The translations under genes and the position numbers were made by a program. This document shows positions 38,576 through 51,800 of a stretch of 64,000 nucleotides of DNA, piece after piece (position 1 is the stretch's first letter; each line of letters begins with the position of its first letter). The DNA is taken from the NCBI GenBank assembly GCA_028023455.1, contig JAQFVV010000005.1, positions 11,036,001 to 11,100,000 on the forward strand. Direction: 5' to 3'. The stretch comes from Epiperipatus broadwayi (Eukaryota > Animalia > Onychophora). Under the pieces are notes generated by a model. It had not been told where the DNA came from. It was given only the letters and a program-made list of their open reading frames with translations, and searched no databases.

Positions 38576-38634
38576 ATCCAAGGCTTCTCACTGATGAAGG
38601 CCACAAGCCAGAAACTACTCTGGGGATATTGGAT
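38576..38634 (+). ncRNA. Hammerhead ribozyme copy, core intact, stem III G-to-C change (family A)
   Basis: ATCCAA GGC TTCTCA CTGATGA A GGC-CACAA-GCC A GAAA CTAC TC TGGGGA TA TTGGAT. Confidence 0.8.
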
Positions 38635-39360
38635 GAGTAGGCACTAGATGGGGATTTTATGCACAAGCCTTCTGGCATCCATTGATTACTCTGTTTGGCA
38701 CTATTGTATGGAGAGTTTTATTTGTTTAATAAGTTATGTGCTAGCATAAGAGATGGTGATCATGTGATGTTTAAGTAAAAGTTAACTGAGTAAATAGTTG
38801 AGAAAATATTTGTTTATTGTTACCGGGTTCATCATATAACTTAGGATTATAGTTCCCTCCTTCTCTAATGATATCTTCTCTAATATTCCCATGACGACAA
38901 ATGATGACAGGATTCAATAGGCATTTTAATTATTAGATGACTACAATCCATGGAAAATTTAACAGTTTGAAACTTTGGGCAGTTAGCATAGCATTTGTTG
39001 TTATCCATTGTTTAATTTTAATCAATAAATTGTTCACTCACTCTCCATTTACTCAAACTATAAATATACTTATTAAACACAAGATTTCTAATTGTTTTCT
39101 TTATTTAGTTACTTGTAGATTACAGAGAGATAATAAATTATGATTGTGTATATCACATATTCCCATCCTTAATAAAAAAATAAAGAAAACAATTCTAAAA
39201 CAACAACATATGGTCACCACTACCAATTAAATATTCCATCAATAACCTATGCTGAATTAAAACTAATCGCCACAATAATAGAATTAATAACTATGTACAA
39301 TTAATTATATGTCCTCATTTTTTTTTGTTTTCATGCTAATTGGATATTTGTAGACTAAGT

Positions 39361-41089
39361 TGTAATGGTATACATATACCGTTACACAATAAAGTAGAAA
39401 AAAGACAGGAAATAAAATTTGTATTAAATACGTAAAAGAAAAATTTGCACAGATGGAAAATTTAAAGAAAAATTTCTTAAAATAAAAGATAAAAGCAAGT
39501 TAAAATAAATAATTAAAAATAAAGATTGGCATTTTGTTTAAAAGTAATATAAAAAAAAATCTTAATTAGTTTCAATTTAAAAGTCATTTTTTGAATCTTA
39601 AAATGGAAGTGCTTGTTCTGTTAAAATATATTTGAATATAAAGCAAACTAGCCCTTGAGCAACTTAAATGATTGAAACGTCATGTGTGATCGATCTGGAA
39701 AATTAATGATAAGAGACCAGAAATTATAAAAGATGAAAAAATTGAATTTATTGATTAATTGGACTATTAATCTATGAATTACAGCTATAATCCAGACTCC
39801 ATGATGTCGAAGTCTAACACAAGATTTAGTTTCCTTCATTCACGCCAGCCGAAGTGACCTCCCCTACCACAGTTCTCGCAAGAATAATGTAGCAGTTGTA
39901 TCTCCAATAACCAGTGAGGAATTTCATAAACTGGATGAAGTCTAGAGGAATCTTCAAGATCGAATGGGAAGTATCAACTTTTTTTAAAAATATATCTCAA
40001 CAAGTGTTTAATTCGTAAGAAAATATAACTAATAAGTGAACTCTTATCTGACCAGCAATAGGACTCTAAATCAGTTAATAATCTTTTTATTTATGTATTA
40101 AGTTTCCTAATCAATCATTTTTATTTTATTTTTTGTTTTGTTTGTTAACTAAATTATTAAATTTAAAGTAGGGTGTAGATGGCTGCAAAGAGTCATTAAG
40201 TTTGAGGCTAGGTCATATGGGGTTAATTTCAGATAATTTGCTTCGGAGTTGAGTTGATGTTGGTGGAAGAATGTATAGGTGTTTTTATCAATGTAATATA
40301 TGAAGTGTATTAGCATACATGGTACCGATCCCAAATGAATGCATGGCCCAGAGGTATAGCCATCGTATTGCAAGGGACATCCCACACTATTGATCTCCTT
40401 TCACCCTGTGAATTAGTCAGCGAGAACCGCTTTCCCTCCATATAAAGCACTTCGTTTTCAGTTTTATATATATATATGATTCTTTCACCAGACAGATGCA
40501 CATTCCTGTACAGGGTGAAAATTATTCTTTTTAAATAATATCATGCTGCAGACGCACATTCCTGTCAGCATGGTTTTATACTAACATCTTCATGTTGCAT
40601 TGGTTACGTCTGTATATCAGAAAGTTAGTGTTGGATTAGCAGAGAACTTTTAGCCTGAGGTTAAATGTTTTGAAAACCTTTTAGGTGTGTAGTCTATGTA
40701 GCCTATCTATGCTCAACATTCTAAAATGTTAAATTATATAAACTGTCCATCTGTGCGAACTCACTAAGATAACAGACCTCGAGTTTAAAATAATAATAAT
40801 AACAAAACTAAAGCAATATTAAATCATTTCTTTCTCAAATTTATAAATGTGTGTAAATAATGGCAGTGGCTTATTTCATCTTTTTCTATATATATTGAAA
40901 TATGTTTAGCAATTAAGATTTTAAATCTCAGCTTCTCCTTGAGCTAATGGCGAAGGCAAACAGTCAATAAAAAAAATTAGAGTTTACCAATACATATCTG
41001 CATACTATACAAATTTTTTAGGTTCAAATAGCCTAGTGGCACCCTGTACAGCAGATAGAGTAAGAGTCTAAAATTGCCTGACTGTTATA
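39361..41089. mobile_element. Probable solo LTR (about 1.73 kb) inserted in duplication X copy 2
   Basis: Absent from the paralog (about 1280-1285). Termini TGTAA...GTTATA; 4-bp TSD AAGT at 39357-39360 and 41090-41093. Begins with a 26-nt hairpin TGTAATGGTATACATATACCGTTACA. Confidence 0.7.
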
Positions 41090-44000
41090 AAGTCTATAAC
41101 ATTATTTAGTTGGCATAAATTATGACTAATAAAATCACACTTTTCATATGTAATAGAGTCCTTGTACCAAACAAGATTATGAATATAGTCTATATCATGA
41201 ATATTTAATATTATATCCATAATGATTCATGTATTTGATTGTAACCTTGTAATAAGCTATATTTTCCCAATTATTACTCTCATAAATTCACCACATACTA
41301 ATAGTGTTATTTTGAGATTGAGAAAAATTCTTATATTCGCAGTCAATGTATCTACGTTTATGACTACCTACCGGATGATGATAAAACCATTAGATTTTAA
41401 ATGCTGCATTGCCAGGGTTGAAATTTTATATCTATCATTACAATCTGGGCTTGTGACGGAATTACGTTTTAAAGAAACAGTCATTAACTTTAGATTGCAC
41501 CACATCTAAGCTAATATAATTTGAATGACTGCTCCAACCAAGTTTCTAAACTTTTGATTTCTTGTTCGTATCTATTCTGTACTTTCTCTATCTCCTTATC
41601 ATTAATTTGCTGACATTCGTTTAACATAACTTCTAGGATTTTACCCTTGTTTTGGCATTCTAATCCATCTTCTAACTCATATTGATCTTTTATCTTCACT
41701 ACTCAGATTTTATAGCTTTGTGTCTTGTCTAGTCTAAGTTCTTGCTACCTTTGTTTCATTATTTGCATAAGATCTTCATGATTCTTGTCATACTTTTCTT
41801 GACTTTCATTGAGCTTATTCATTAGATTTCTCTGCTCTAACTTTTCTTGGTTTTGTTTCATTTCTATTTTTTCTTTAATCTTTCCTTGCTTTGTCTCATT
41901 TCACTCATTAAGATCTGTAAATTCACTATTATAGACTCATTTAGATCATTTTTGAAGTGATAAAAAATTTATAAATTTCTCTTCCATCTTAACACAAAAA
42001 AATTCTTTTTCACTTTCCACAGCTTATATTTTATTTACATTTATTATCTTATTTTAGAAAGGGAAAGAACATGAATTTCCTCCTCAATCTAATATCCTGG
42101 ACTAAATAAAATGAATAATTTATTACTCTCTACTATCCCTTTATATACTGTTGTCCTCTATAACTTAATTAAATTTCTACTCATATATTTCAATTTATAC
42201 AAAAGACTCTTCCAACATAAATTCCCACAGCATCATTTCTCAATAGTGATTAATTTATCTATTCACAATATCATTATTCCAAATTAATGTATTTTTTTAT
42301 ATTTTTCAACTTATATGTAATATTGTGCAAATTTCATGACCATGCTTAAAAGACTCTGCATTATGCTATTATCAACAAATGCAAACAGGAGCATCAATGT
42401 TTTCTATCTATTCTCCAAAATAACTAGGAGACAAATACATTCAATAAAATAAGATGATTTTAAAAGAGAGCTTAATAACATTTATTAGTAATGAGCCCGC
42501 ATTCATTATCAACTGGTAAGCCCAAGCATCAATATCAGGTACTCTGCCTTTTATAAAATATTTTGTAGCTCTATTATCTCAATCCATATATTGCTGCACC
42601 TATTTTTGGCAAACACTTTGACAGCCAACACTAACTTCAAAAAACACTTCATAAATCACAGCTACAAAATTAGACATTATTTATTGAGTCATTAATCAAT
42701 TTAATCTAAACAAACACTAACATACACAAAATAGCTTATATTAATTGTGATCATAAAGCAAATATTTAATCTTATCTATTTATTATATTATGACCCTAAA
42801 TCTCTCAACGGTTATGAATAAACACTTATTGGTTGACAAAAATGTAGTCAATAATTATGGAGATGAAAAGCAATTCCCCCAAATGCCCTATGTATTTGGG
42901 CAAACCAAAAATGTAATGAATAAGAAAGCTGAAAAGGGCTGGCTGATTCACAAATGAACACAGATTTGGGTGACCAGAAAATATATAATGGGAAAATCCT
43001 ACACATGGATGGCCCAAAAATGTAACTAGCAAATAGATAAATGAATAACCTGATCCACAAATGGATTTATAATTTAGAACTACATTATAATGGACTCATG
43101 AATTTGTAAGATCCAATGAGTTTAATGATAGGTGTTTTGCTTGGCAAAGAAAAAAAAATTCAATAAATAATTTACTTACTAATAAGGTATAAAATAATTT
43201 AATATATAATTGAATATCTTAATAATAAAATAAATAGTGTAATAAAATAATTCTGTATAATAGAAAGGTTTATGCAATAGGTAATTCAAATTAGACCTAG
43301 ATTAATAATAATAAAATATGTCCATTAAGATAGACATTAAGTCATTGACGTGGCTAAGGCAAATAACATCACTTTGATTCTAACAATTTTGATCTAACAT
43401 CATTCACTGTATATTCTAATCTATCCTCAACAGATTGTAATTGTTAGATATGACCTATAACAAAATCATTAACATGCACTCATAAAAGAGTTAAATATGT
43501 AATCTTGGACAAAATAAAAAAAAATTAATAATTTTTTTTTATTTTTAAAAAAAATACATCTACTTCATATCCTAGATCAAGTAATGCTATTATAATAAAA
43601 GTCATTTTATAATTTAAATAAATTTTATGAAATATTAGTTATGCGTTAAATTTTAATTTAGTTTCCAAAAATATGTCAATAATTAAGCCTTACATATTTG
43701 ATTTTACTATTTAAATGTGTATTGAATGATAATAAATATAGATTGCAATAATAATTAAAATTATTAAAAGAAGAATTTTGATAGATATATATTGATGTGT
43801 ACTATTTATTGCACTGATTATAAATAAATCAAAGTTATCTGAGTAAATAGTTTAGAAAATATTTGTTTATTACCAAGTTCATCATATAACTTAGGATTAT
43901 GGTTCCCTTCTTTTCCTGCAATGTCTTTTCTAATACTCCCATGATGACAAATGAAAACATAGGATTCAATAGGCAGTTTAATTATTAGATGATATCCAAC

Positions 44001-44731
44001 TATTGCTTTTAGGATACTACAATCCATGGCAAATAAAATGGTTTGAAGTTTCAGGAAGTCAGCATAGTATTTGTTGTTATCCATTCCATTTATTTATAAA
44101 GATGTCGACTGAGGGGAGTCATGTTCCTCACCCTCCACATTATTTCTATTGACATTATAAATTTATTACAAATCCAGATGTGTTGATAGAAATATGTAAA
44201 ACAAAACATAAATTTTGAAGATAAAAAAAATTATTTCCTTTTGCTGAGCCTTCCTTTTTTGTTATCTAGTAACAACAATAATGCAGTCTCTTAAAACATT
44301 AGCTCATGGAGCCTGAATTTGTTTATTTCAAACTTAATAAAGTCATAATTATCATTCGATACAACTTAAAATAATATTTTATTTTTAATTTTAATAAATT
44401 GTTCACTCGCTCTCCATTTATTTGAACTATAAATATATTTATTAAACACAAGATTTCTCATTGTTTTCTTTATTTAGTCATTTATAGAGAACTACAGGAG
44501 GATAATAAATGATGATTGTGTAAACCACAATATATTTTTTCATATTATTTTTTTTCAAATTACTTTTTATAGCAGTTTCGAAATTGTATAAGCTGGACAG
44601 AAAAAATTATTTTTATGCATGATTTCTTATTTCACATACTTTTAAATGACTTTCTATAGCAGCCTTTTAATTACATAAATTACAGAAAATTTCTTTGATA
44701 TTTCTTTTTTGACATACATTGTACACTAAGC

Positions 44732-44820
44732 CTAGGTGACATTAGCATAGGAGTCAAACTTAAACCTTTAGATCTTATAATATCAAATTTTAAGGCAATG
44801 TTCTAACCAAATGAACTATC
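44732..44820 (-). other. Degenerate copy of the tRNA-Leu-like segment seen in the PLE pseudo-LTR
   Basis: Minus strand GATAGTTCATTTGGTTAGAACATTGCCTTAAAATTTGATA...GACTCCTATGCTAATGTCAC aligns with about 13655-13745. Confidence 0.55.
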
Positions 44821-46479
44821 AAATATTTTCCAAACTTTTTATATTTTATGACTAGCAGACATGTAATCAAATAAATTGAAATGGATGCAGTTTTTATATC
44901 TCAGCATTTGATACTTATTTTAAATTTTATAAATTACATTGAAAATAAATTTCTTCTCTGTGAACTAGTTTATTTCTATATGTTTGCTTAAAATTAGATA
45001 AATGAAAATGGAATAATTTTTTTTATCTAAAACCTTTTATCCATTTTAAAAGATTAAATAAATAATTGACTGTCATTAAATCCTTAAATTTTAATCTAAA
45101 TGAATATATTTCTTTATTACTAATCTTAGAAAATATATTTAAAAAAAGTATTATATAAAAGAATAATTTGAGATTACTTCCAGAAATAAGTGACATGTAC
45201 ATAGATTTCGTTTACATCATTCTATTTGTTTTCAATTATTTTTGTTTCCACATTATCTGAATTCATAAAATTTACTTCTGTTTAAATTCTCTCTTACATT
45301 TTTGTATGCTTTATGTTGAACTTATTTACAAAGAAATAACACAAATATCTTTTTTTTCCTTTTATGCCTTATTGTAAAATGTCAGCACTAACAATATCAT
45401 TTATAAATAAAATACATCTTTGTTTTTATATTCTGTCTTTATTGAGATTACTAAATGAATGCTTAATCTGCATCAATTTTAATAATGATTAATAATAATC
45501 GAATTCAAATCCAGCTTGACCAAACACATTAACATCACTAAATGCATAGATTAATTTTGAATTAAAACTATTTTTTCCAACACCCAACATGTTCAAATTA
45601 TACAAAATATTTCTTTACAATTTTATTAATTTAAAAATCAGTCTGCTTTGGGATTGTCAATTTTATGATAATCATTATCAGCTGAAACAATATGGATATT
45701 ATTTCTATGACGTAATCCTGATATCAAATTGCATAATTTTTCTGATATATATTTGTAAATATTTTATTTGGATAAGTACTTTTCATATATAAAATCAATT
45801 AATTTCATTAAATTTGCAAATATCTTGTTCCTCAAATTCAGATCATGATATACATTTAATTTTTCAGTTATCAGATACTAAAAATGGAAGCACTGCATTT
45901 TCAACATGAGCTTATTTATATGTGACATTATTATTATTTTGGTATTGTTTTAGTATATAATCTAACCATCAGATGGAATTGTATTTTACATAGATAAGTA
46001 TTATTAATATTTTTTATGCTGTTTGTTTCATGCATATAAGATTGATCATCTGAGAGCATTGCTATAACAACTAATTACAGTATTGTGTATGAAAGAATAA
46101 ATTGTGGTCAAGAGAGTGAGTTATTTGAAAGATTGAAAATTGTTTTGTTTAATTGTTTGAAAGGTTTTCATTCGCCATTTTAGGTATAGAAGTTTTTTAA
46201 AAAAAAGTATTTTTGTTGAATGTGTGTTAGTATAAAGATATTTATAACAAAGTTGTATATAAGATAAATTCGTTTTTAGTTAAGTTAATTACTGAAGATT
46301 TATTTGAACTTTAAAACAGTCATTTATTTTGAGCAAAAAAATAATATTTAGGAGACCTAAGGTCAAAAACACATGGTTATAGTTTGATCGGTTTTGAAAG
46401 AAAGTAAAAATTTTTATTCTTCCGTGTAAGTGGGTTTGAAGAATAGGAGAGGTATTATAAAGTCAAATATAGAAAGGGT

Positions 46480-49400
46480 GACTTGGAAAATATGAATATG
46501 GATTGCATTTGTATTACAGACTGCATATATAATCGGCAAAAGAGAATTAGGCATGCTCTGGTAGAGTGTACAGTGTGTGCTGAGGTGTATACTTGAAATG
46601 TTTGAATAGGAAGTATGTAACAGGTTTCTGGTTATGTAGTCAGTGTGTAAATGTGATAAAAGAAGTGAGAAAATGGTTTCTAAGTGTGAGTAGTTTAAAG
46701 AGAAAGTCAGGGTGAAGGGAACAAAATGTAGGACAGAGCATGGTTTTAGTGGAGTGTCAGGAGATATGGGTGAAGAAAGTAGTAATGCAATGGATCTGGT
46801 TAGCCAGAGAATAAGTAAGATAGAGGTAGAAGTGAAGGATGTAGAAGTAAAATTAAAATTGTTAAGAGATGAAGTGTCAGCACATAAAGGAATTATTGAG
46901 TAGGAATGGTAAGGAAAAAATGGATAAGGAGATCCAGAAGGTGGTAGAAAATGTTACAGATGGAGTAGAGAAACTAGACTATGAGACAGTATTGATAGGA
47001 GATTCACTAATTAGAGAATGTGGGGATATAATTGCAAGGAAAAATAAAAGTAGGTATGTAAGAGTATGTTTGCCTGGAGCTAGAATTAGAGATGTGACAG
47101 ATAAAATAAAAAAGCAAGGTAGTAGAGATGTGTATGTTATGATAGGGACTAATAATTTCTCAGAACCATCAGAGAGAGTAATGGATGAGTACGTCGAATT
47201 GATTAGGAGATTAGGAATTTAAGTAAGATTAAAGGAGATTTGACAAGAGGCATTTGTTAGATAGGGCATGTTCTATAAATGAAACATTGAAAAAATTATG
47301 TGAGAGAAATAATGTTAGGTTTGTGGATGTATGGGATTGGTTTATTGGAAAGAGGGAGTTATATAGTAAAGATGGATTGCACTTAGGAAAACAAGGAAGT
47401 GAAGTTTTAGAGACTCTGATGTTTAAATAATATAATTCAGGAAACTTTTAGGGGGGGGGGGGCTTTTAAATTGTAATATTATAAAAAAAAATGGACGAGA
47501 TGTAAGAAATAAGCAAAAGATAGTTAATTTAGATATAAGTGTAGATGTGGAGAGGGAATGGATCTGTAAGATTAATGGTAAGAAAGTTTTTTATAAATGT
47601 AATGAAGAAAACAGAATCAAAAGAATTTATAAGAGTAGTTAGGAAAGAAAAAATTGTTAAGATTGGGTATTTAAACATGCAAGGTGGTAGAAGACCAGAA
47701 AAGTAGCTGGAATTAAACAAAGCAATTGAAAATGAAGAGCTTGCGGTATTACCAGTAGTGGAAACACATCTAAGAGAAGAAGAACCTATTTTGGAAGATT
47801 TGGTATGGCATAGAAAGGGGTGGTGGTATAGATGTTATATCGAAAAAATATAAATGTCAAGAACATTTGTGGCTTGAAATAAGGTTGGGTAGACAAGAAT
47901 GGATGGTGGCTGTAGTATATATAGCCACCGGAGATAGTCAGACTAATGGAGTGGAACAGTAGTATATATGAATGTCTAGTTAAGGATATACAGAGGTTTA
48001 AAGAAAAGGGGAAGAGAATAATGGTTATAGGGGATATGAATGGACATATTGAAGAAATTGATGATGTAGAAAATAAGAATGGCCAGTTTTTGAAGGAATT
48101 TTGTCAAAGAGTGAATTTGAGCCTTGGGAATATTTATGAGGGACAATACACATGGTCTAGGAATAATATATTTCACACAATGGATTATGTATTGGTAGAG
48201 AAAGGGGAAATGAATAAAATACGAAAAATTAAGGTGTTTGATAATGAAGAAAGAGTATGTAATTGTGATAATAACTTTATTGCAATAGAAATGGTTAGTA
48301 ATGCAATGGAGAATAGAAAAGTAGAAACAATAGTGAAAGATGTGGGTGGAGAGTGAATGATAAGAATAAGTTGGAAGAGTATAAAATACAAATTGAAGAT
48401 GCCATGGAACAGTTGGTTGGGGATGAATATAAGGATTGTTGTGGTGAAATAGAAAAAGTGGCAAATAGGGTTTTAGTTGAGAATATGCAGAAGAATAAAA
48501 GTAATAAAAAAATGAGTTAGTAAAAGTGTAAAAGAGAGGAAAGAAGCATGTAGAGAATATAAGTGTGCTATTAAGAACAAAGAAAGTGAAAAAGATATTA
48601 ATGTTAAATGGGAAAAGTACTTAGAAAAGAAGAAGTTGGCTAAAATGGATAATTATAGAGAGAGGATGAAGTTGAATAGCAAATTGTTGGAGGTAATTAA
48701 TAAAAGTGGAAGAGATGGAAGTAAAAAATTTTGAAATTATATTAAAAGGAGAAATGTAGGGAAAAAATAGTATTAATAAATGATGAAGGAATAGAGTGTA
48801 GCTCTAGAGAAGAATTAGAGAGAATCTTAAATAGATATGTAATGGATATAGAAAATATGTTAGATGTGAAAGACTTAATGATAAAAAACATGAAAGCATT
48901 TAGTATTGGGAATATTAGGTTTACAAAAAATGAACTGAATGAGGCAGGGAAGAGGGTTGAAAAGTGGAAAGGCTAGATGGGCAGCGCATAGAGCAAAAGT
49001 AAAGCTATTATCATGTTTTAATAAGATGCACAGAAGAGGTTTTCTGGGTAGTTGGAGTAATACAAGAATAAAAAAGTTAAATAATTATAGACCGATAGCG
49101 GTAACATCAGTTTTATATAAAGTTTTCTCATATATGGTGGCTGGAAGAGTTGTAAAATAGATGAAAAAGAATAATGTAGTGGGATAAATGCAAAGAGGTT
49201 TTAAGTCAGATAGGTGTATAGGAGATAGTTTATTTGTAGTTACACAACTTATGGATATGAGTAGGAATTCAGGAAGATCGTTATATATGAGTTTTATTAA
49301 TATAGAGAAGGCATATAATAGTGTAAATAGAAATAGATTATGGGCAAGTTTAGCAAATTTGGGAATGGATGAAGCTTTAATAAATATTAAGGAATTATAT

Positions 49401-50897
49401 GAAAATAATTACTATACTTATCAATTAGGAGATATAGAATTAAAAAATGGGTGGGGCTAAGGCAAGGATGACCTATGTCACTTATTTTGTTTTTGTTTTA
49501 CTTGAGTGAAATAGAGAAAGCAACAGAAAGACTAGAAAGAGGGATAGTGATACCATTAATAGGTGGCAAGGGAGTATATACTTTGTTGGATCTTTTTTTT
49601 GCAGATATCTTTTTGTGTGCAGAAAGAAGATATGAAAGCAATGCTGAGGACATGTGGAAGGGTGGGTAAAGAGATAGAGATTAAATTTAGTGAAGAAAAA
49701 TCAAATATAATGATGGTTAATACTAGGGAAAGAGAAGATATAGAATTTTTATTGGGGGATATAAAGTTAAGTGTGGTGGATAGAAGTTATTTGGGAATCA
49801 TCTTAAGTAATCAGGAAAACTGCTTGGTTGAATGGGAGAAAAAATTAGTAAATGAAGCAAAGAAAAGAAAGGGTTTAGTAAAGAAATTAACAGTGTTTTC
49901 ATATAATAAATATGATTTAGGTAGAATTGTATGGAAGGGAGTTGCAGTAGCAGGGTTAACATATGGTAATGATGCATTACATGTTAGATTACTTAGAGTA
50001 AGTACAAAGGGAAATAGGAAGACATGCATTAGATGCAGAGGTGTGGACATCAAAGGAGGCAATTCAAGGAGAAATGGGATGGTCAAGTTTTTATATGAGA
50101 GATGCAAAAAGTAAAATGAAAATGTTTGGTAGGTTGCAGTTTAAGGATAATAAAAGAATAGCCAAAATAGTAATCAATTGGGTTATGAGTAAAGAGAGGC
50201 AACAAGATGGGTGAGAAAGGTAATGTGGTATGCAAAAAATTTGGATAAAGAATTTATATCAGTATATTTGTATAAAAGGCAGGATGATTGTGTTAGGAGG
50301 ATTGTTGAGTGTTATAGTGGTAAGGAATGGGATAAAAGAATAGATGCATTAATAAAGAATAGGGAGTTGGAGAACTAGCATGGAGAATAAAGAGAGTTTA
50401 TATATATATAGAAGTAAACGGAACATTGGATGCAAGTTAATTTATGATGATAGTAAGGAAAGTAGTTTATTGTTTAGGGCTGAATGGGATCTTTAGCAGC
50501 AAGAGAATATACGTGTAAATGGAAAAATATGGGTAATCTGCAAATTGTGTAAGGAAGGTATAGAAAATATTAGGCATCTATTGATTGATTGTAAATGCTT
50601 GAAAACAGAAAGGGTACAAATAATGAAATTATGGGAGAATAAATATGAACAAAGTGATTATACAGAAAGTGGATTATTGGTTTTTATGCTGGGTTTGGGA
50701 AAAGATAAGGAAGATTTAGATATAAAGGCCATAGAATTGACAAAGATTATGTTGTGGAAATGGGATGGAGCAGATTATGGAAAAGCTTAGACTGGGGTAT
50801 GGAAGGGGAAGATAAAGTGGCTAACAGGTTTCTTTGAGCATAGTTGGTGAGAGATTCCTGATTCCATTTAAGGAGAAGTCACAGTACATCACATCAC
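46480..50897 (+). mobile_element. Near full-length decayed non-LTR retrotransposon (ORF1 PHD finger + coiled coil + SGNH esterase; ORF2 APE + RT + CCHC); CR1/L2/RTEX-type
   Basis: ORF1: VECTVCAEVY..LKCL..GFWLCSQC, then LIGDSLIREC...CLPGARIRDV...MIGTNN. ORF2: GYLNMQG, VIGDMNGH, YRPIAVTSVLYKVF, QRGFKSDRCIGD, FINIEKAYNSV, DLFFAD, CKEGIENIRHLLIDC. 3' tail (ACATC)n at about 50885-50897. Many stops and frameshifts. Confidence 0.9.
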
Positions 50898-51149
50898 ACC
50901 AAAGAAAAAAATTGACCAAAATAAAAGATATGGACTTTTAAAATAATTCATTTATCAAAAAGAAAAAACAAATATATGTAGTTTTAAAATAATTTATTTA
51001 GGTAAAAAATTCAAAATTTTATGGATAATATTTTTAACTAAAATGATAAAAAAAAATCAAGTCAGATGTCACATGACTTAATTTAATAAAGCTTGTATTT
51101 ACAAATATTACATATAGAGCTCGCAAAATAAGCTCTTAACAAGCTTTGA

Positions 51150-51210
51150 GAATATCCGCAACCCCAGACCGGTTTCTGCTTCTGGCATCGTCTGAGGTAC
51201 CAGGATATTC
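51150..51210 (-). ncRNA. Type I hammerhead remnant (family B; 2-nt core deletion)
   Basis: Minus strand: GAATATCCTGGTACCTCA--GACGA TGC-CAGAA-GCA GAAA CCGG TC TGGGGTTGCGGATATTC. Confidence 0.75.
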
Positions 51211-51526
51211 AGCATTAGATTAAAAATACTAGGACAAGCCCAGCACTTTATCTAATGTATAACTATTGGGTAGAAAATCTGAAATTGTCAGACATCCATA
51301 TGTCTTCCAATCCAGCTATCTAACTCAAATAGCCATATGGGACTGAACTAAGTTCAGATACACCATATAATAATAGCCTTAGTAATATAAAAACGCCAAA
51401 ACCTTAATGGCAAAAAATAAAATGATAAAAAAATCAAGTCAGATGTAACATGACTTAAATTAATAAAGCTTGTAGTTACAAATGTTATATATAGAGCTCA
51501 CAAAATGAGCTCTTAACAAGCTTTGA

Positions 51527-51589
51527 GAATATCCTCAACCCCAGAGCAGTTTCTTCTTCTGGCATCATTAGTGAGCTGCCAGGGTATTC
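51527..51589 (-). ncRNA. Type I hammerhead remnant (family B; CTAATGA core)
   Basis: Minus strand: GCTCA CTAATGA TGCCAGAAGAA GAAA CTGC TC TGGGG. Confidence 0.65.
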
Positions 51590-51740
51590 AGCATTAGATT
51601 AAAAATACTAGGACAAGACCAGCACTTTATCTAATGTATAACTATTGAGTAGTGGATGTCTGACAATTTCAGATTTTCTACTCAATAGTTATACATTAGA
51701 TAAAGTGCTGGGCTTGTCCTAGTATTTTTAATCGAATGAT

Positions 51741-51800
51741 GAATATCCTGGCACCTCACTGATGTCAGAAGCAGAAACCGGTCTGGGGTTGAGGATATTC
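51741..51800 (+). ncRNA. Type I hammerhead remnant (family B; about 3-nt deletion at the core/stem II junction)
   Basis: GAATATCCT GGCA CCTCA CTGATG TCAGAAGCA GAAA CCGG TC TGGGG TTG AGGATATTC. Stem I CCTCA:TGGGG extended by AATATCCT:AGGATATT. Confidence 0.75.

Larger units (their letters stand above)
37007..38775. mobile_element. Family A retrozyme-like array A4 (1.77 kb; about 1.7 units on the left, about 2.3 inverted units on the right; 10-bp TSD)
   Basis: TSD TAAAAGTTAA at 36997-37006 and 38776-38785; the paralogous empty site at about 400-409 has one copy. Ribozyme spacing is 456 nt (37101 to 37557) and 444 nt (38132 to 38576). Inversion junction at about 37753. Confidence 0.92.
36160..44520. 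repeat. Segmental duplication X, copy 2 (tandem 3.5-kb units, with retrozyme A4 and a solo LTR inserted)
   Basis: Colinear with 1-4240 once 37007-38775 and 39361-41089 are removed. Confidence 0.9.

Noticed and set aside
37007-38775. Array A4 read as a Mutator/Foldback DNA transposon or MITE (long inverted arms, 10-bp TSD)
   Set aside because: TSD length varies among loci (10, 13, 14, about 15 bp), the two ends are offset by about 50 nt rather than being true TIRs, and the units contain hammerheads. A retro-mechanism fits better.
47976-48464. Antisense ORFs within the LINE (47976-48464, 48185-48391, 49811-50107, 47529-47720)
   Set aside because: Shadow ORFs from the purine-rich LINE sense strand; no recognisable protein features.
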